Of a stretch of 32,000 nt of DNA, positions 1 through 8,409 are shown in pieces. The stretch is from Candidatus Saccharimonadota bacterium (lineage in GTDB: Bacteria > Bacteroidota > Bacteroidia > Flavobacteriales > Blattabacteriaceae). The stretch is taken from assembly GCF_000709555.1 (NCBI RefSeq), contig NZ_CP006873.1:180001-212000 (forward strand). Reading direction: 5' to 3'. How positions within the stretch are numbered: the first letter of the stretch is position 1; each line of letters starts with the position of its first letter. The translations under genes and the position numbers were made by a program. Below the pieces are notes generated by a model. That model did no database searches and was not told where the DNA came from. It saw nothing but the letters and a program-made list of their open reading frames with translations.

Positions 1-334
1 CTATAACAGGTTTAGGGAGTTCTCGGATTTTCTTATGTAGATCTAAGACATTAAGACGGGGTACTCCGTCTTCTCCAATGTATCCTCCAATCCCCTTTAC
101 TCTTTGATCTCCCCCACTACAAAAAGCTTTTTTCCCTGCACCTGTCAGAATGACTACGTCAATAGTCGAACACTCACGAACTATATCCATAGATTGAATC
201 ATTTCATCAATAGTTTCTGGACGAAAAGCATTATGAACTTCTGTCCGATTTATAGTAATTTTAGCAACTCCTTTGCACACTTCAAAGGTTATGTCTTTAT
301 ACTTGCAAAGAGACTTCCAAACTATGGTTGACAT
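1..334 (-). CDS. menB: 1,4-dihydroxy-2-naphthoyl-CoA synthase (MenB), N-terminal ~111 codons; the rest runs off the window edge
   Basis: Own translation of the minus strand from ATG at 334-332: [111 protein letters not shown]. It carries crotonase-fold MenB motifs ([24 protein letters not shown]). It is absent from the ORF track, probably because it is open at the edge. Confidence 0.85.
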   Translation of the reverse strand, partial: MSTIVWKSLCKYKDITFEVCKGVAKITINRTEVHNAFRPETIDEMIQSMDIVRECSTIDVVILTGAGKKAFCSGGDQRVKGIGGYIGEDGVPRLNVLDLHKKIRELPKPVI

Positions 335-1564
335 GGATAACAAAATTTAACCCTTGGTTCTTCATGCTTACTTTTTCTTCTAATAACTTATCCAGTTCTT
401 TTATAGATAGACGTTCTTGTTTCATAGTATCTCTGTATCGTACTGTCAAAGTGTTCGTCCTCAAACTTTCATAGTCTATTGTGAAACAGAATGGGGTTCC
501 AATAGCATCTTGACGACGATAACGTTTCCCTATAGATTCTTTATCTTCATAAACTAGAGAATATTTCCATTTCAATTCATCAAAAATTTTTTAAGCTAAT
601 TCTGGTAACCCATCTTTTTTTTTGTTTGTTTTGTTGTTTTTTTTTAGCAAGGGTAATATAGCTGCCTTGATAGGAGAAATTGGTTCTGGTAATTTTAACA
701 CGAAACGGGAAGTTCCATCTTACAAAATTTCTTTGTGAAGAGAAGAAGAAAATATTACAAGAAACAACCGATCAAGACCTAATGAAGTTTCTATTACATA
801 CGGAATGTAACTTTTATTTTTTTCTGCATCAAATCAAAATCAGTACGTGAATGAATACCTTCAATTTCTCTAAATCCAAAAGGAAAACGAAATTCTATAT
901 CAGCATAATGTGCTAATTTAGTATGCTTACTCACACGATAGTTCTCCGATGATAATCCTAGCCATCGGATTTCCTTCCAATATTCATACCATTTTATTTC
1001 CTCGCCTACTCAAGTTCTCGCGCATTCTAAAAATAAATTGTCTAGCTATAATTTCATTACGAAAAACTTTCGTGTACTTTTTTGCACAGTCATAAAATTT
1101 ACAAAAACCCCCTGAGCTGTTTCAGGCCGTAAATAAAGTGTAGTAGATTCTTTTGGTGGTTTGAAACATCAAGTTAAATTTCCGTACATCTGTCCAATTT
1201 TTTTAGATCATATAAATTATTTGCTTCCATCGCATGGACTATACGTTCTGATATTTTCTTTTTTAAAATTTGTTGCAATTTTTCACAATAATCTTCTAGG
1301 AGAACATCTACACGATAACGATATCCACTATCTTTATTTTCAATTAAAAGATCATTAAAAGACTCCACATGTCCTGAAGATTTCCAAGTGATGCCTCCGA
1401 ATGGAGATTTACCACCAATAATCTTTCAGATTGTTCTTAAGAGCTACTCCATATGGCCCGTAATCGTATATGGCACTTAATCCATCATAAATATGACTTG
1501 AAGGAAAAATAAAACCATAAGATTTTGCGTGAGAAACGACAAGTTTTAGGAGACTGACTTTTAT
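297..1564 (-). pseudogene. glyQS: glycyl-tRNA synthetase (GlyQS-type) pseudogene with multiple frameshifts, stops and internal deletions
   Basis: GlyRS-like segments lie in different frames on the minus strand. The N-terminus is (I)[50 protein letters not shown] followed by a stop, and ATA replaces the expected ATG at 1564-1562. The next piece, [34 protein letters not shown], is in another frame (ORF 1174..1368). Then come FNLMFQTT...PETAQG.FVNF, LAHYADIEFRFPFGFREIEGIHSRTDFDL, and the anticodon-binding C-terminus IGKRYRRQDAIGTPFCFTIDYES...TVRYRDTMKQERLSIKEL (ORF 297..575). Confidence 0.85.
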
Positions 1565-1573
1565 TTTTCTATG

Positions 1574-1811
1574 TTACCCTCCCTTAATATCATATTTCCT
1601 GAGATATTCTTCAATAGTATTATTGTTAATAGCTTTCTTATTTTTTCGAACGCTGCTTTAATATCTCCTGGAATTTTTTTTTATTATATTTAGTAGATAA
1701 TTCAGCATATCCATTAGGGATCAGATAGTTTCTAGCGAACCCAGGCTTTACAACTATTTCTTCATATTTCAACCCAAGATTATCTATATCTTTTTTTAGG
1801 ATAATTCGCAT
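1574..1811 (-). pseudogene. rplI: ribosomal protein L9, truncated; only the N-terminal domain remains (57-aa ORF 1638..1811, or about 79 aa with a shift at an A-run)
   Basis: Own translation from ATG 1811-1809: MRIILKKDIDNLGLKYEEIVVKPGFARNYLIPNGYAELSTKYNKKKFQEILKQRSKK then stop. This matches the L9 N-terminal domain. It occupies the expected rpsF-rpsR-rplI operon position. Only about 240 bp remain before the glyQS remnant, whereas full-length L9 needs about 440 bp. Confidence 0.7.
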
Positions 1812-1823
1812 CTTTATTAAGGT

Positions 1824-2144
1824 TTATTTCAAATCGTCAGTTATAAAAGGTAGAATCGCTAAATGTCTTGCTCTTTTTATCGCCTTACTGACTTTCCCCT
1901 GATACTTAACAGAAGTCCCTGTTATCCTACGTGGTAAAATTTTCCCCTGAGGATTGAGAAATTTTAATAAAAAGTTAGGATTTTTGTAATCTACATGTTT
2001 TAGACCGTATCTCTTAAAAAGGCAATATTTCTTACGAGGTTTTTCATAGATTTCTATCGGAGATAGATAACGTATTTCTCCTTCTTTTCCTTGCTTAGCT
2101 TGTTTTTCTAGGTTGTCCATTATTGTTTTTTTTATAATATTCAA
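1824..2144 (-). CDS. rpsR: 30S ribosomal protein S18
   Basis: The ORF contains CLFKRYGLKHVDYKNPNFLLKFLNPQGKILPRRITGTSVKYQGKVSKAIKRARHLAILPF, a typical S18 core. The true start is probably the internal Met at 2120 (MDNLEKQ...), which would reduce the overlap with rpsF. Confidence 0.9.
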   Translation of the reverse strand: MNIIKKTIMDNLEKQAKQGKEGEIRYLSPIEIYEKPRKKYCLFKRYGLKHVDYKNPNFLLKFLNPQGKILPRRITGTSVKYQGKVSKAIKRARHLAILPFITDDLK

Positions 2145-2454
2145 ATGAATGTTGATTCAGCCTTATGATCAGAAAACGGAGCACGCGTTCGTCTCTATTA
2201 AAGAAGAGTTCAAGTTCTGATATTATGTTTTTCGATGGTATTTCTCCATCGAGAGAAAATAAAAATAGTTCGTAGTATCCTGTTTTTTTTTTCTTTATCG
2301 GATAAGCCAATTTTTTTAGTCCCCAGGATTCGTGTTTCTCTATTACAACCTTATTTTTTTGAAGTAAACTATTAACGTTTTCTATTGTTTCTTCTACCTT
2401 CTTTTTTGATAGAACTGGAGTTAATATAAAAACAGTCTCATAATATTTTGACAT
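2095..2454 (-). CDS. rpsF: 30S ribosomal protein S6
   Basis: MSKYYETVFILTPVLS...WGLKKLAYPIKKKKTGYYELF is an S6 signature. It lies directly upstream of rpsR in the conserved operon order. Confidence 0.9.
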   Translation of the reverse strand: MSKYYETVFILTPVLSKKKVEETIENVNSLLQKNKVVIEKHESWGLKKLAYPIKKKKTGYYELFLFSLDGEIPSKNIISELELFFNRDERVLRFLIIRLNQHSFEYYKKNNNGQPRKTS

Positions 2455-2473
2455 GAACTATATGTTTAGATCT

Positions 2474-3625
2474 TTATAATGAATTTGAGGTATTAATACA
2501 TTCCTTTAAAGCAATAATTAGGGCGTCTATATCCTTCTTTGTATTAGTTCTTCCTAAAGAAATACGTAACGTAGTTTTATTTTTAATATTTTCTTGTTCC
2601 GAAATCGTGTGTATAACATGAGACGAGAGTCCAATACCTGATAAACAAGAACTACCTTGTGCTACAGCAATCCCTTTCAGATCTAGACAAAAATGTAACA
2701 CATCATCTTGGATAGGCAAAGAAATACTTAATATAGTATAAATACTTTGTTGAAGATTATCAGAAAGACCATTGAATTGAACCTCTGGGATAGCCTTTTT
2801 CAGCTCAAAAATAGCATATTTTTTCAGATCTTCTATAACCGAGTGTTCTTTATCAAGATATTGCATAGAACATTCTAGAGCTTTAGCCATGGCTACAATC
2901 CCATATAAGTTTTCTGTCCCTGCACGTATACCAAGTTCTTGAACTCCTCCATGTATAAAACCTTTTTGTAAGGAACCCTTTCGTATAAAAGCAAAACCTA
3001 CTCCCAAAGGGCCATAAAATTTATGAGCTCCAGCTGAGGCAAAATCTACTCCAATTTGTTGCATATTTAATTTATAATGACCAATAGTTTGAACTGTATC
3101 AGAGTGAAACCAAGCCTTATATTTTTTACATATAGCAGAGACTTTTTTCAATGGTAGAATATTTCCTATTTCATTGTTAGCATGCATTAAGCTTACTAAC
3201 GTAGTAAAAGAAAAATTTTGTAATCGATTTTCTAGATCCTCAAGATCAACTCTTCCATGAGATTTAAGTTTAACAAATTCTAATATTATCCCCTGATTTT
3301 TAAATAATTGAGAAGAGGTCTCCAGAACCGATTTATGTTCAATAGGTGAAGTAATAATCCGTTTAACTTTAAGTTGTTGAATAACAGTTGTTAAAATAAG
3401 ATTATTCACTTCAGTACCTCCAGAAGTAAAAATAATTTCCGCAGATCGTACATTTAAAAGTTTTGCAATAGTTCTTCTTGAATTTTCTATAGCAAAACGT
3501 GCTGATCTTCCCAATTTATGAGAAGAAGAAGGATTCCCAAAAAAAACTTGTAAAGTCTTAGTCATAGTTTTGATAACTTCTGGTCGCATGGGAGTCGTAG
3601 CAGCATTATCCAAGTATATATTCAA
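2474..3625 (-). CDS. class-I (IscS/NifS-like) cysteine desulfurase, PLP-dependent
   Basis: The 383-aa ORF has IYLDNAATTPMRPEV, FGNPSSSHKLGR, EIIFTSGGTE.NNL, a HKFYGPLGVGFAFIR lysine-PLP region and a C-terminal SSCLSG active-site Cys loop. Confidence 0.85.
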   Translation of the reverse strand: MNIYLDNAATTPMRPEVIKTMTKTLQVFFGNPSSSHKLGRSARFAIENSRRTIAKLLNVRSAEIIFTSGGTEVNNLILTTVIQQLKVKRIITSPIEHKSVLETSSQLFKNQGIILEFVKLKSHGRVDLEDLENRLQNFSFTTLVSLMHANNEIGNILPLKKVSAICKKYKAWFHSDTVQTIGHYKLNMQQIGVDFASAGAHKFYGPLGVGFAFIRKGSLQKGFIHGGVQELGIRAGTENLYGIVAMAKALECSMQYLDKEHSVIEDLKKYAIFELKKAIPEVQFNGLSDNLQQSIYTILSISLPIQDDVLHFCLDLKGIAVAQGSSCLSGIGLSSHVIHTISEQENIKNKTTLRISLGRTNTKKDIDALIIALKECINTSNSL

Positions 3626-3672
3626 CTATTCAACAATAAATTTCCTATATATGTAAAAATTTTTCTCTATAG

Positions 3673-4659
3673 ATGATTAAAAAAATTGAACAAATCCATT
3701 GGGATCTAAAGAAGTTTATTGCTAATGGTCAAGAAGATATAGAAACTTTTAAAGTAAAATATTTGGGTAAAAAAGGAAAGATTACAGAGCTATTTAAAGA
3801 GTTCAAAACATTACCATCTAGAGAAAAGAAATATGTAGGGGCAGAACTGAACCGGTTAAAAAACGAGTGTTCCGAAATTATTTTCCAAAATAAATATAAA
3901 CTCTCAAAAAATGAAGAATCTCTAGAGGATTTAACTAAATCTGGAAAACCCTATATATTTGGAGCACGTCATCCGATTTCTCTAGTAAAAAATAAGATCA
4001 TAAACATCTTCAATCAAATAGGGTTTACCTCTTATGAAAGTCCAGAAATTGAAGATGATTGGCATAATTTTACTGCTTTAAATATTCCGTATTATCATCC
4101 TGCAAGAAATATGCAAGATACATTCTTTATAGAGAAAGATCCTGATATATTACTCCGGACACACACTTCTTCTGTCCAAATTCGTTATATGGAAAAACAT
4201 AGTCCTCCTATTCGGATTTTATCTTCTGGAAGAGTGTATCGAAATGAAGCGATTTCTCCTAGATCTCACCAGATGTTTCATCAAATAGAAGGTTTGTATG
4301 TAGATACAAAAGTTTCTTTTTCCGATTTAAAGCAAATGATTCAATATTTCACTAATTCTCTTTTTGGAAGCTCTAGAATTAGATTACGTCCTTCGTATTT
4401 TCCTTTTACCGTGCCTAGTGCTGAAGTAGATGTTTATTGTGAGTTAAAAACTAAAACAGGTTGGTTAGAAATTATGGGTTGCGGAATGGTAAATACCCAA
4501 GTGTTCAGAAATGTCGATATTGATCCTGATAAATTTTCAGGATTTGCTTTTGGTATGGGGATTGAACGAATTGCTTTGTTTCTCTATAAAATTGGAGATC
4601 TTCGACTTTTTTTTGAAAATGATATTAGATTTTTGAGGCAATTTGAGAGTATTCATTAA
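3673..4659 (+). CDS. pheS: phenylalanyl-tRNA synthetase alpha subunit
   Basis: The 328-aa ORF has [60 protein letters not shown] and [11 protein letters not shown], which are class II PheS motifs. Confidence 0.95.
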   Translation: MIKKIEQIHWDLKKFIANGQEDIETFKVKYLGKKGKITELFKEFKTLPSREKKYVGAELNRLKNECSEIIFQNKYKLSKNEESLEDLTKSGKPYIFGARHPISLVKNKIINIFNQIGFTSYESPEIEDDWHNFTALNIPYYHPARNMQDTFFIEKDPDILLRTHTSSVQIRYMEKHSPPIRILSSGRVYRNEAISPRSHQMFHQIEGLYVDTKVSFSDLKQMIQYFTNSLFGSSRIRLRPSYFPFTVPSAEVDVYCELKTKTGWLEIMGCGMVNTQVFRNVDIDPDKFSGFAFGMGIERIALFLYKIGDLRLFFENDIRFLRQFESIH

Positions 4660-4676
4660 AATCGAATAATATTTTT

Positions 4677-5429
4677 ATGGTGATAACCCCTTTCTCAAAC
4701 TCCATATATGGATTTCACCCATTGATAGAAGCTATCAAATCAGGAAAAATTATATCTAAAATTTTTTTACAAAAAGGATTACTAGGTAACAATTACTATA
4801 CCTTATATGAATTGATTAAAAAACATAGGATACCCTTCCAAAATGTTTCACTAGAAACACTTAATCGTCTTACAAAGAAAAATCATCAAGGAGTTTTTGC
4901 TTTTATTTCTTCTATAGATTTTCATTGTATTGAAAATTTACTGCCTAAAGTTTCTGAATTAGGAAATATTCCGTTATTCCTTGTATTGGATGGCATTACA
5001 GATGTCCGAAATTTTGGTGCTATTATTCGGACATCCGAATGTTTTGGTGTCAACGCAATAATTATCCCCTCAAAAGGATCAGCACCAGTAAATTCTGACA
5101 CTATCAAGACTTCTTCAGGAGCTATTTTTAAAATCCCTATTTGTAAAGAAAATAACCTTCTAAGGTCGTTAATATTTTTGAAAAAATCTGGGTTACACAT
5201 TATAGCAGCCACAGAAAAAGCCGATACTATTTTTTATGAGGCTAATCTCTCTGTCCCTTTGGCTATTATTTTAGGAAATGAAGAAAAAGGAATTTCCAAA
5301 TCTTGTTTGTCTATCTCTGATGAGAGATTAAAATTACCAATGTTGGGAACAATTTCTTCATTGAATGTTTCTGTGGTTTGCGGAGTTCTTCTATACGAAA
5401 TATTGCGTCAACGTGTTGCAAAATTATAA
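4677..5429 (+). CDS. rlmB: SpoU/TrmH-family RNA 2'-O-methyltransferase (RlmB-like)
   Basis: The 250-aa ORF has an NHQGV...LVLDGITDVRNFGAIIRTSECFGV...LGNEEKGIS...LKLPMLG.ISSLNVSV pattern, typical of the SPOUT methyltransferase RlmB/TrmH group. The symbol is tentative. Confidence 0.75.
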   Translation: MVITPFSNSIYGFHPLIEAIKSGKIISKIFLQKGLLGNNYYTLYELIKKHRIPFQNVSLETLNRLTKKNHQGVFAFISSIDFHCIENLLPKVSELGNIPLFLVLDGITDVRNFGAIIRTSECFGVNAIIIPSKGSAPVNSDTIKTSSGAIFKIPICKENNLLRSLIFLKKSGLHIIAATEKADTIFYEANLSVPLAIILGNEEKGISKSCLSISDERLKLPMLGTISSLNVSVVCGVLLYEILRQRVAKL

Positions 5430-5520
5430 CGAAAAATAGGAGCACGCATTTATATATACTTGGACAAATGTAGAAAATTTAGTTAATTTTATAACCGTAC
5501 ATTTTTAACATCAAAACAAA

Positions 5521-6264
5521 TCATACTTCTGAAAGAAATTACTTTTCGTGAGGGAATTGCTGCAGCGAAGAAATGAGAAAAGATCCTAGCATCTATTTAA
5601 TGGTAGAGCTTGATGAATTCGGGATTTTCTGGTATCTGCTATGCAGACCGATGAGTGGAGGACAATGGAGTATTCCTATTGTATAGGGCCTTACGCAGGT
5701 CAATTAGGAGCTACACATTCACAACTGGTATTGTCCTGGATTGAAAGTAGTCATTCCTTCTAATCCTTACGATGCTAAAGGACTATTAAAATCAGCGGTC
5801 CTCCAGTGATTTTTATGGAATCTGAACAAATGTACGGGGATAAAATGATGATTCCAGAAGAGGAATATGTCATACCCATAGGGGTAACGGATATTAAAAG
5901 AATAGGAAAAGATCTAACGTTAGTTTCGTTCGGGAAAATTCTGAAAGTAGCTTTGTCATCTGCCTCGCTTCTTTCAAAAGAAGGTATTGATATAGAAGTT
6001 ATTGATTTACGAACTATACGCCCATTAGATTATGAACCAATTGTAAAATCGGTAAAAAAAACTAACAGACTAGTGATTCTTGAAGAATCCTGTCCTTTTG
6101 CATCTATTGCCTCTGAAATTGCTTCAAAAAACAATATTTGATTATTTAGATGCTCCTATTATAAAGATCAATGTTCCAGCGCACCTAATCTGATAAATAA
6201 ATGGGATCCGAATTCAGATAAAGTAATTGAAGTGATAAAAAATCTTTTATCCTGCAGAAGCTAA
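5521..6264 (+). pseudogene. pdhB: pyruvate/2-oxoacid dehydrogenase E1 beta subunit pseudogene; the N-terminal half is deleted or frameshifted and a C-terminal domain ORF survives
   Basis: ORF 5806..6141 gives MESEQMYG...IPIGVTDIKRIGKDLTLVSFGKILKVALSSASLLSKEGIDIEVIDLRTIRPLDYEPIVKSVKKTNRLVILEE, the transketolase-C domain of E1 beta. Upstream fragments (KEITFREGIAAA, PYDAKGLLKSA) and downstream fragments (DYLDAPI..., DKVIEVIKNLL) lie in other frames. The total length is about 740 bp against the roughly 980 bp expected. Confidence 0.8.
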
Positions 6265-6300
6265 AGATGTGTATGATCTCATGAGATGGAACCCTCCAAT

Positions 6301-6504
6301 TTATTTCTTCACAAGTGTTTTTAACATTAGTTCTACAACTACTTTCCCTCTATAGTAAAGCTTATTATTGTTCCAATAAGCACGATGATTTAAGTGTGTT
6401 TTTCCTGTCGTAGAACAATAAGTAAGCTGAGGTAACATCGCTTTGCAATGAGTTCTCCTTTTATTCCTCCTGGATTTAGATTGTCTTCTTTTAGGATTAG
6501 GCAT
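6301..6504 (-). CDS. rpmF: 50S ribosomal protein L32
   Basis: MPNPKRRQSKSRRNKRRTH is a typical L32 N-terminus; the ORF is 67 aa. Confidence 0.9.
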   Translation of the reverse strand: MPNPKRRQSKSRRNKRRTHCKAMLPQLTYCSTTGKTHLNHRAYWNNNKLYYRGKVVVELMLKTLVKK

Positions 6505-6609
6505 ACTTGTTTTTTTTTAAATTTTGGACATTGAAAGGAATACAACAACATACTTCATGTACTCCAGCGTAAGGTTAAACCAACTTGAAGACAGGAAGGT
6601 ACGTAATGT

Positions 6610-7482
6610 TTATTTTTTTTTATCATTTAATATTTTGAATAATTTATTTATCATCCCATTGACAAATATTCGACTTTTTTCAGTTGAATACATTTTTGTA
6701 ATTTCTATATATTCGTTCATTGTTACTCGTGGTGGGATACTTGGGAAATGGAGAAATTCGCAGATAGACATTTGCAAAATAATCAAATCTAAAATGGCTA
6801 TTCTTTCAAGGTTCCAATTTTTAGAAGTTTGACGAATCAATGTATTGAATTCATTTTTGTATCTAAAAGTTTTATGAAAAAGCTTATGTACAAAATATTT
6901 GTTCTCTCTATAGAGATTGTAGAGATGAAAGTTATTAGGTGTGCTTGGGTTTATAAATTTTAACGTCTTATATACCATTATATTAGCTGGATATAAATCA
7001 TCAACCCATGTGATGTAGTCTTCTTCTAAACATTCATAAAGTTTATCATGATTAGCGAAATTTTCTTCATAATAATGCAAAATAAAATTTTGATCTTCTT
7101 CAAACGAACTTTTGACAGTTGAACAATAATCGTGATAAAGTGGAAGTGTATATAATTCTTTAAAAAGAATCAATAAATAATCGTCATAATTATTCCAACT
7201 CAGTTGCTTATTATCATTAATATATTGGCATAGTTTCTTATTCTTTGAAAGAATGATTAACAGCTTATTATAAGCTAATTTATCTCCTGGGAATCTTTTT
7301 TTTTCAGATCTAAATTTTTCATGTAATCCTAGAAGAAGACTAAGTAAATATATGTATAGATCAAAAATTTTTTCTATACTATGAAACATATTGTATTCGA
7401 CGATTTTAGTATCTTCATTTGATATGTGTTGGGCGTACAAAAATTGCATTACTTTAGTTCTAAAATTATTTCTTCCCAACAT
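6610..7482 (-). CDS. nusB: transcription antitermination factor NusB (long Bacteroidetes form)
   Basis: The N-terminus is RTKVMQFLYA. The C-terminal NusB core reads RIAILDLIILQMSICEFLHFPSIPPRVTMNEYIEITKMYSTEKSRIFVNGMINK. A length of 290 aa is as seen in flavobacterial NusB. Confidence 0.8.
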   Translation of the reverse strand: MLGRNNFRTKVMQFLYAQHISNEDTKIVEYNMFHSIEKIFDLYIYLLSLLLGLHEKFRSEKKRFPGDKLAYNKLLIILSKNKKLCQYINDNKQLSWNNYDDYLLILFKELYTLPLYHDYCSTVKSSFEEDQNFILHYYEENFANHDKLYECLEEDYITWVDDLYPANIMVYKTLKFINPSTPNNFHLYNLYRENKYFVHKLFHKTFRYKNEFNTLIRQTSKNWNLERIAILDLIILQMSICEFLHFPSIPPRVTMNEYIEITKMYSTEKSRIFVNGMINKLFKILNDKKK

Positions 7483-7502
7483 TGATTAATAATTATTTGA
7501 CG

Positions 7503-8384
7503 TCATCTGATAACCGTTAACTGGTCAAGATAGGATTGGAGAATGTTTATTTGTGAGCTATGACGAAGTTTTCTACATGCCTTATCTTTTATCTGTCTCA
7601 CTCTCTCTCTAGTAAGGTCATGTTCTTTTCCTATTTCCTCTAGAGTCCTAGGAGGGTGACCATCTAGCCCGAAACATTTTTTAGTAATCTCGCGTTCACG
7701 TGGCGTGAGATCATTCATTAAACTTACAATATCAATTCGTAAAGATTCTTGAATAAGATGTTCATCCGGAAACGGGGATTCATTGGAATGAATTATATCA
7801 TATAAATTATAGTCTTCCCCTTCGGATAAAGGGGCATCCATAGAAACAGATCTGACAGAATTTTTTATAGATTCTTTTACATCGTCTTCATGGATATCAA
7901 GTACTTCTCCAATTTCTCTAGTTGAGGGTAAACGTTCATACTTTTGTTCTAACTGTGCTAAAGTTTTATTAATCTTGCTGATTAATGCACATTTATTCAT
8001 AGGCAAACGCACCAGACGTGAACATTCAGCAATAGCTTGCATAATAGATTGACGACACCACCATACAGCATAAGAGATGAATTTAAATCCTTTCGTAGGG
8101 TCGAATCTCTTAGCAGCCTTTATAAGGCCCAAATTTCCCTCATTGATAAGATCTCCTAAACTTAGTCCTTGATTTTGATACTGTTTACTTACAGATACCA
8201 CAAATCGTAAATTTGCCTTCACAAGTTTATTAAGAGCTACTTCATCTCCTTTTTGAATACGCAGTGCTAATTTTACCTCTTCTTCAGGAGTAAGTAAAGA
8301 TTCTTTTCCTATTTCATGTAAATACTTATCAAGAGAAGGCATTTCCCGATTAGTTACTTGCTTAGTAATTTTAAGTTGTCTCAT
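7503..8384 (-). CDS. rpoD: RNA polymerase primary sigma factor (sigma-70/SigA, short Bacteroidetes type)
   Basis: The 293-aa ORF has region 2 (NLRFVVSVSKQYQNQGLSLGDLINEGNLGLIKAAKRFDPTKGFKFISYAVWW.RQSI), region 3 and region 4 (TLEEIGKEHDLTRERVRQIKDKA). Confidence 0.95.
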   Translation of the reverse strand: MRQLKITKQVTNREMPSLDKYLHEIGKESLLTPEEEVKLALRIQKGDEVALNKLVKANLRFVVSVSKQYQNQGLSLGDLINEGNLGLIKAAKRFDPTKGFKFISYAVWWCRQSIMQAIAECSRLVRLPMNKCALISKINKTLAQLEQKYERLPSTREIGEVLDIHEDDVKESIKNSVRSVSMDAPLSEGEDYNLYDIIHSNESPFPDEHLIQESLRIDIVSLMNDLTPREREITKKCFGLDGHPPRTLEEIGKEHDLTRERVRQIKDKACRKLRHSSQINILQSYLDQLTVIR

Positions 8385-8409
8385 AATATTATCGTGTCAG
8401 TATACTATT

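Noticed and set aside
104-331. 75-aa plus-strand ORF at the window start; similar shadow ORFs lie at 1161..1358, 4922..5212, 6524..6832, 11205..11411, 14162..14398, 15394..15615, 16697..16882, 18530..18805, 20642..20872 and 21029..21217
   Set aside because: Each is antisense to, or overlaps, a better-supported gene, tRNA or pseudogene (menB, glyQS remnant, rlmB, nusB, tsaD, lepB, tRNA-Ile2 and its repeat, tRNA-His, gyrB, rimM remnant, rpsP). None shows any recognisable motif.
600-650. T-rich low-complexity tract (ttttttttt gtttgttttgttg ttttttttt) as a possible regulatory or terminator element
   Set aside because: It lies inside the glyQS remnant, where the minus strand reads ..KKTTKQTKKKDG.., and has no adjacent stem-loop. 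It is most simply low-complexity decay or slippage within a pseudogene.
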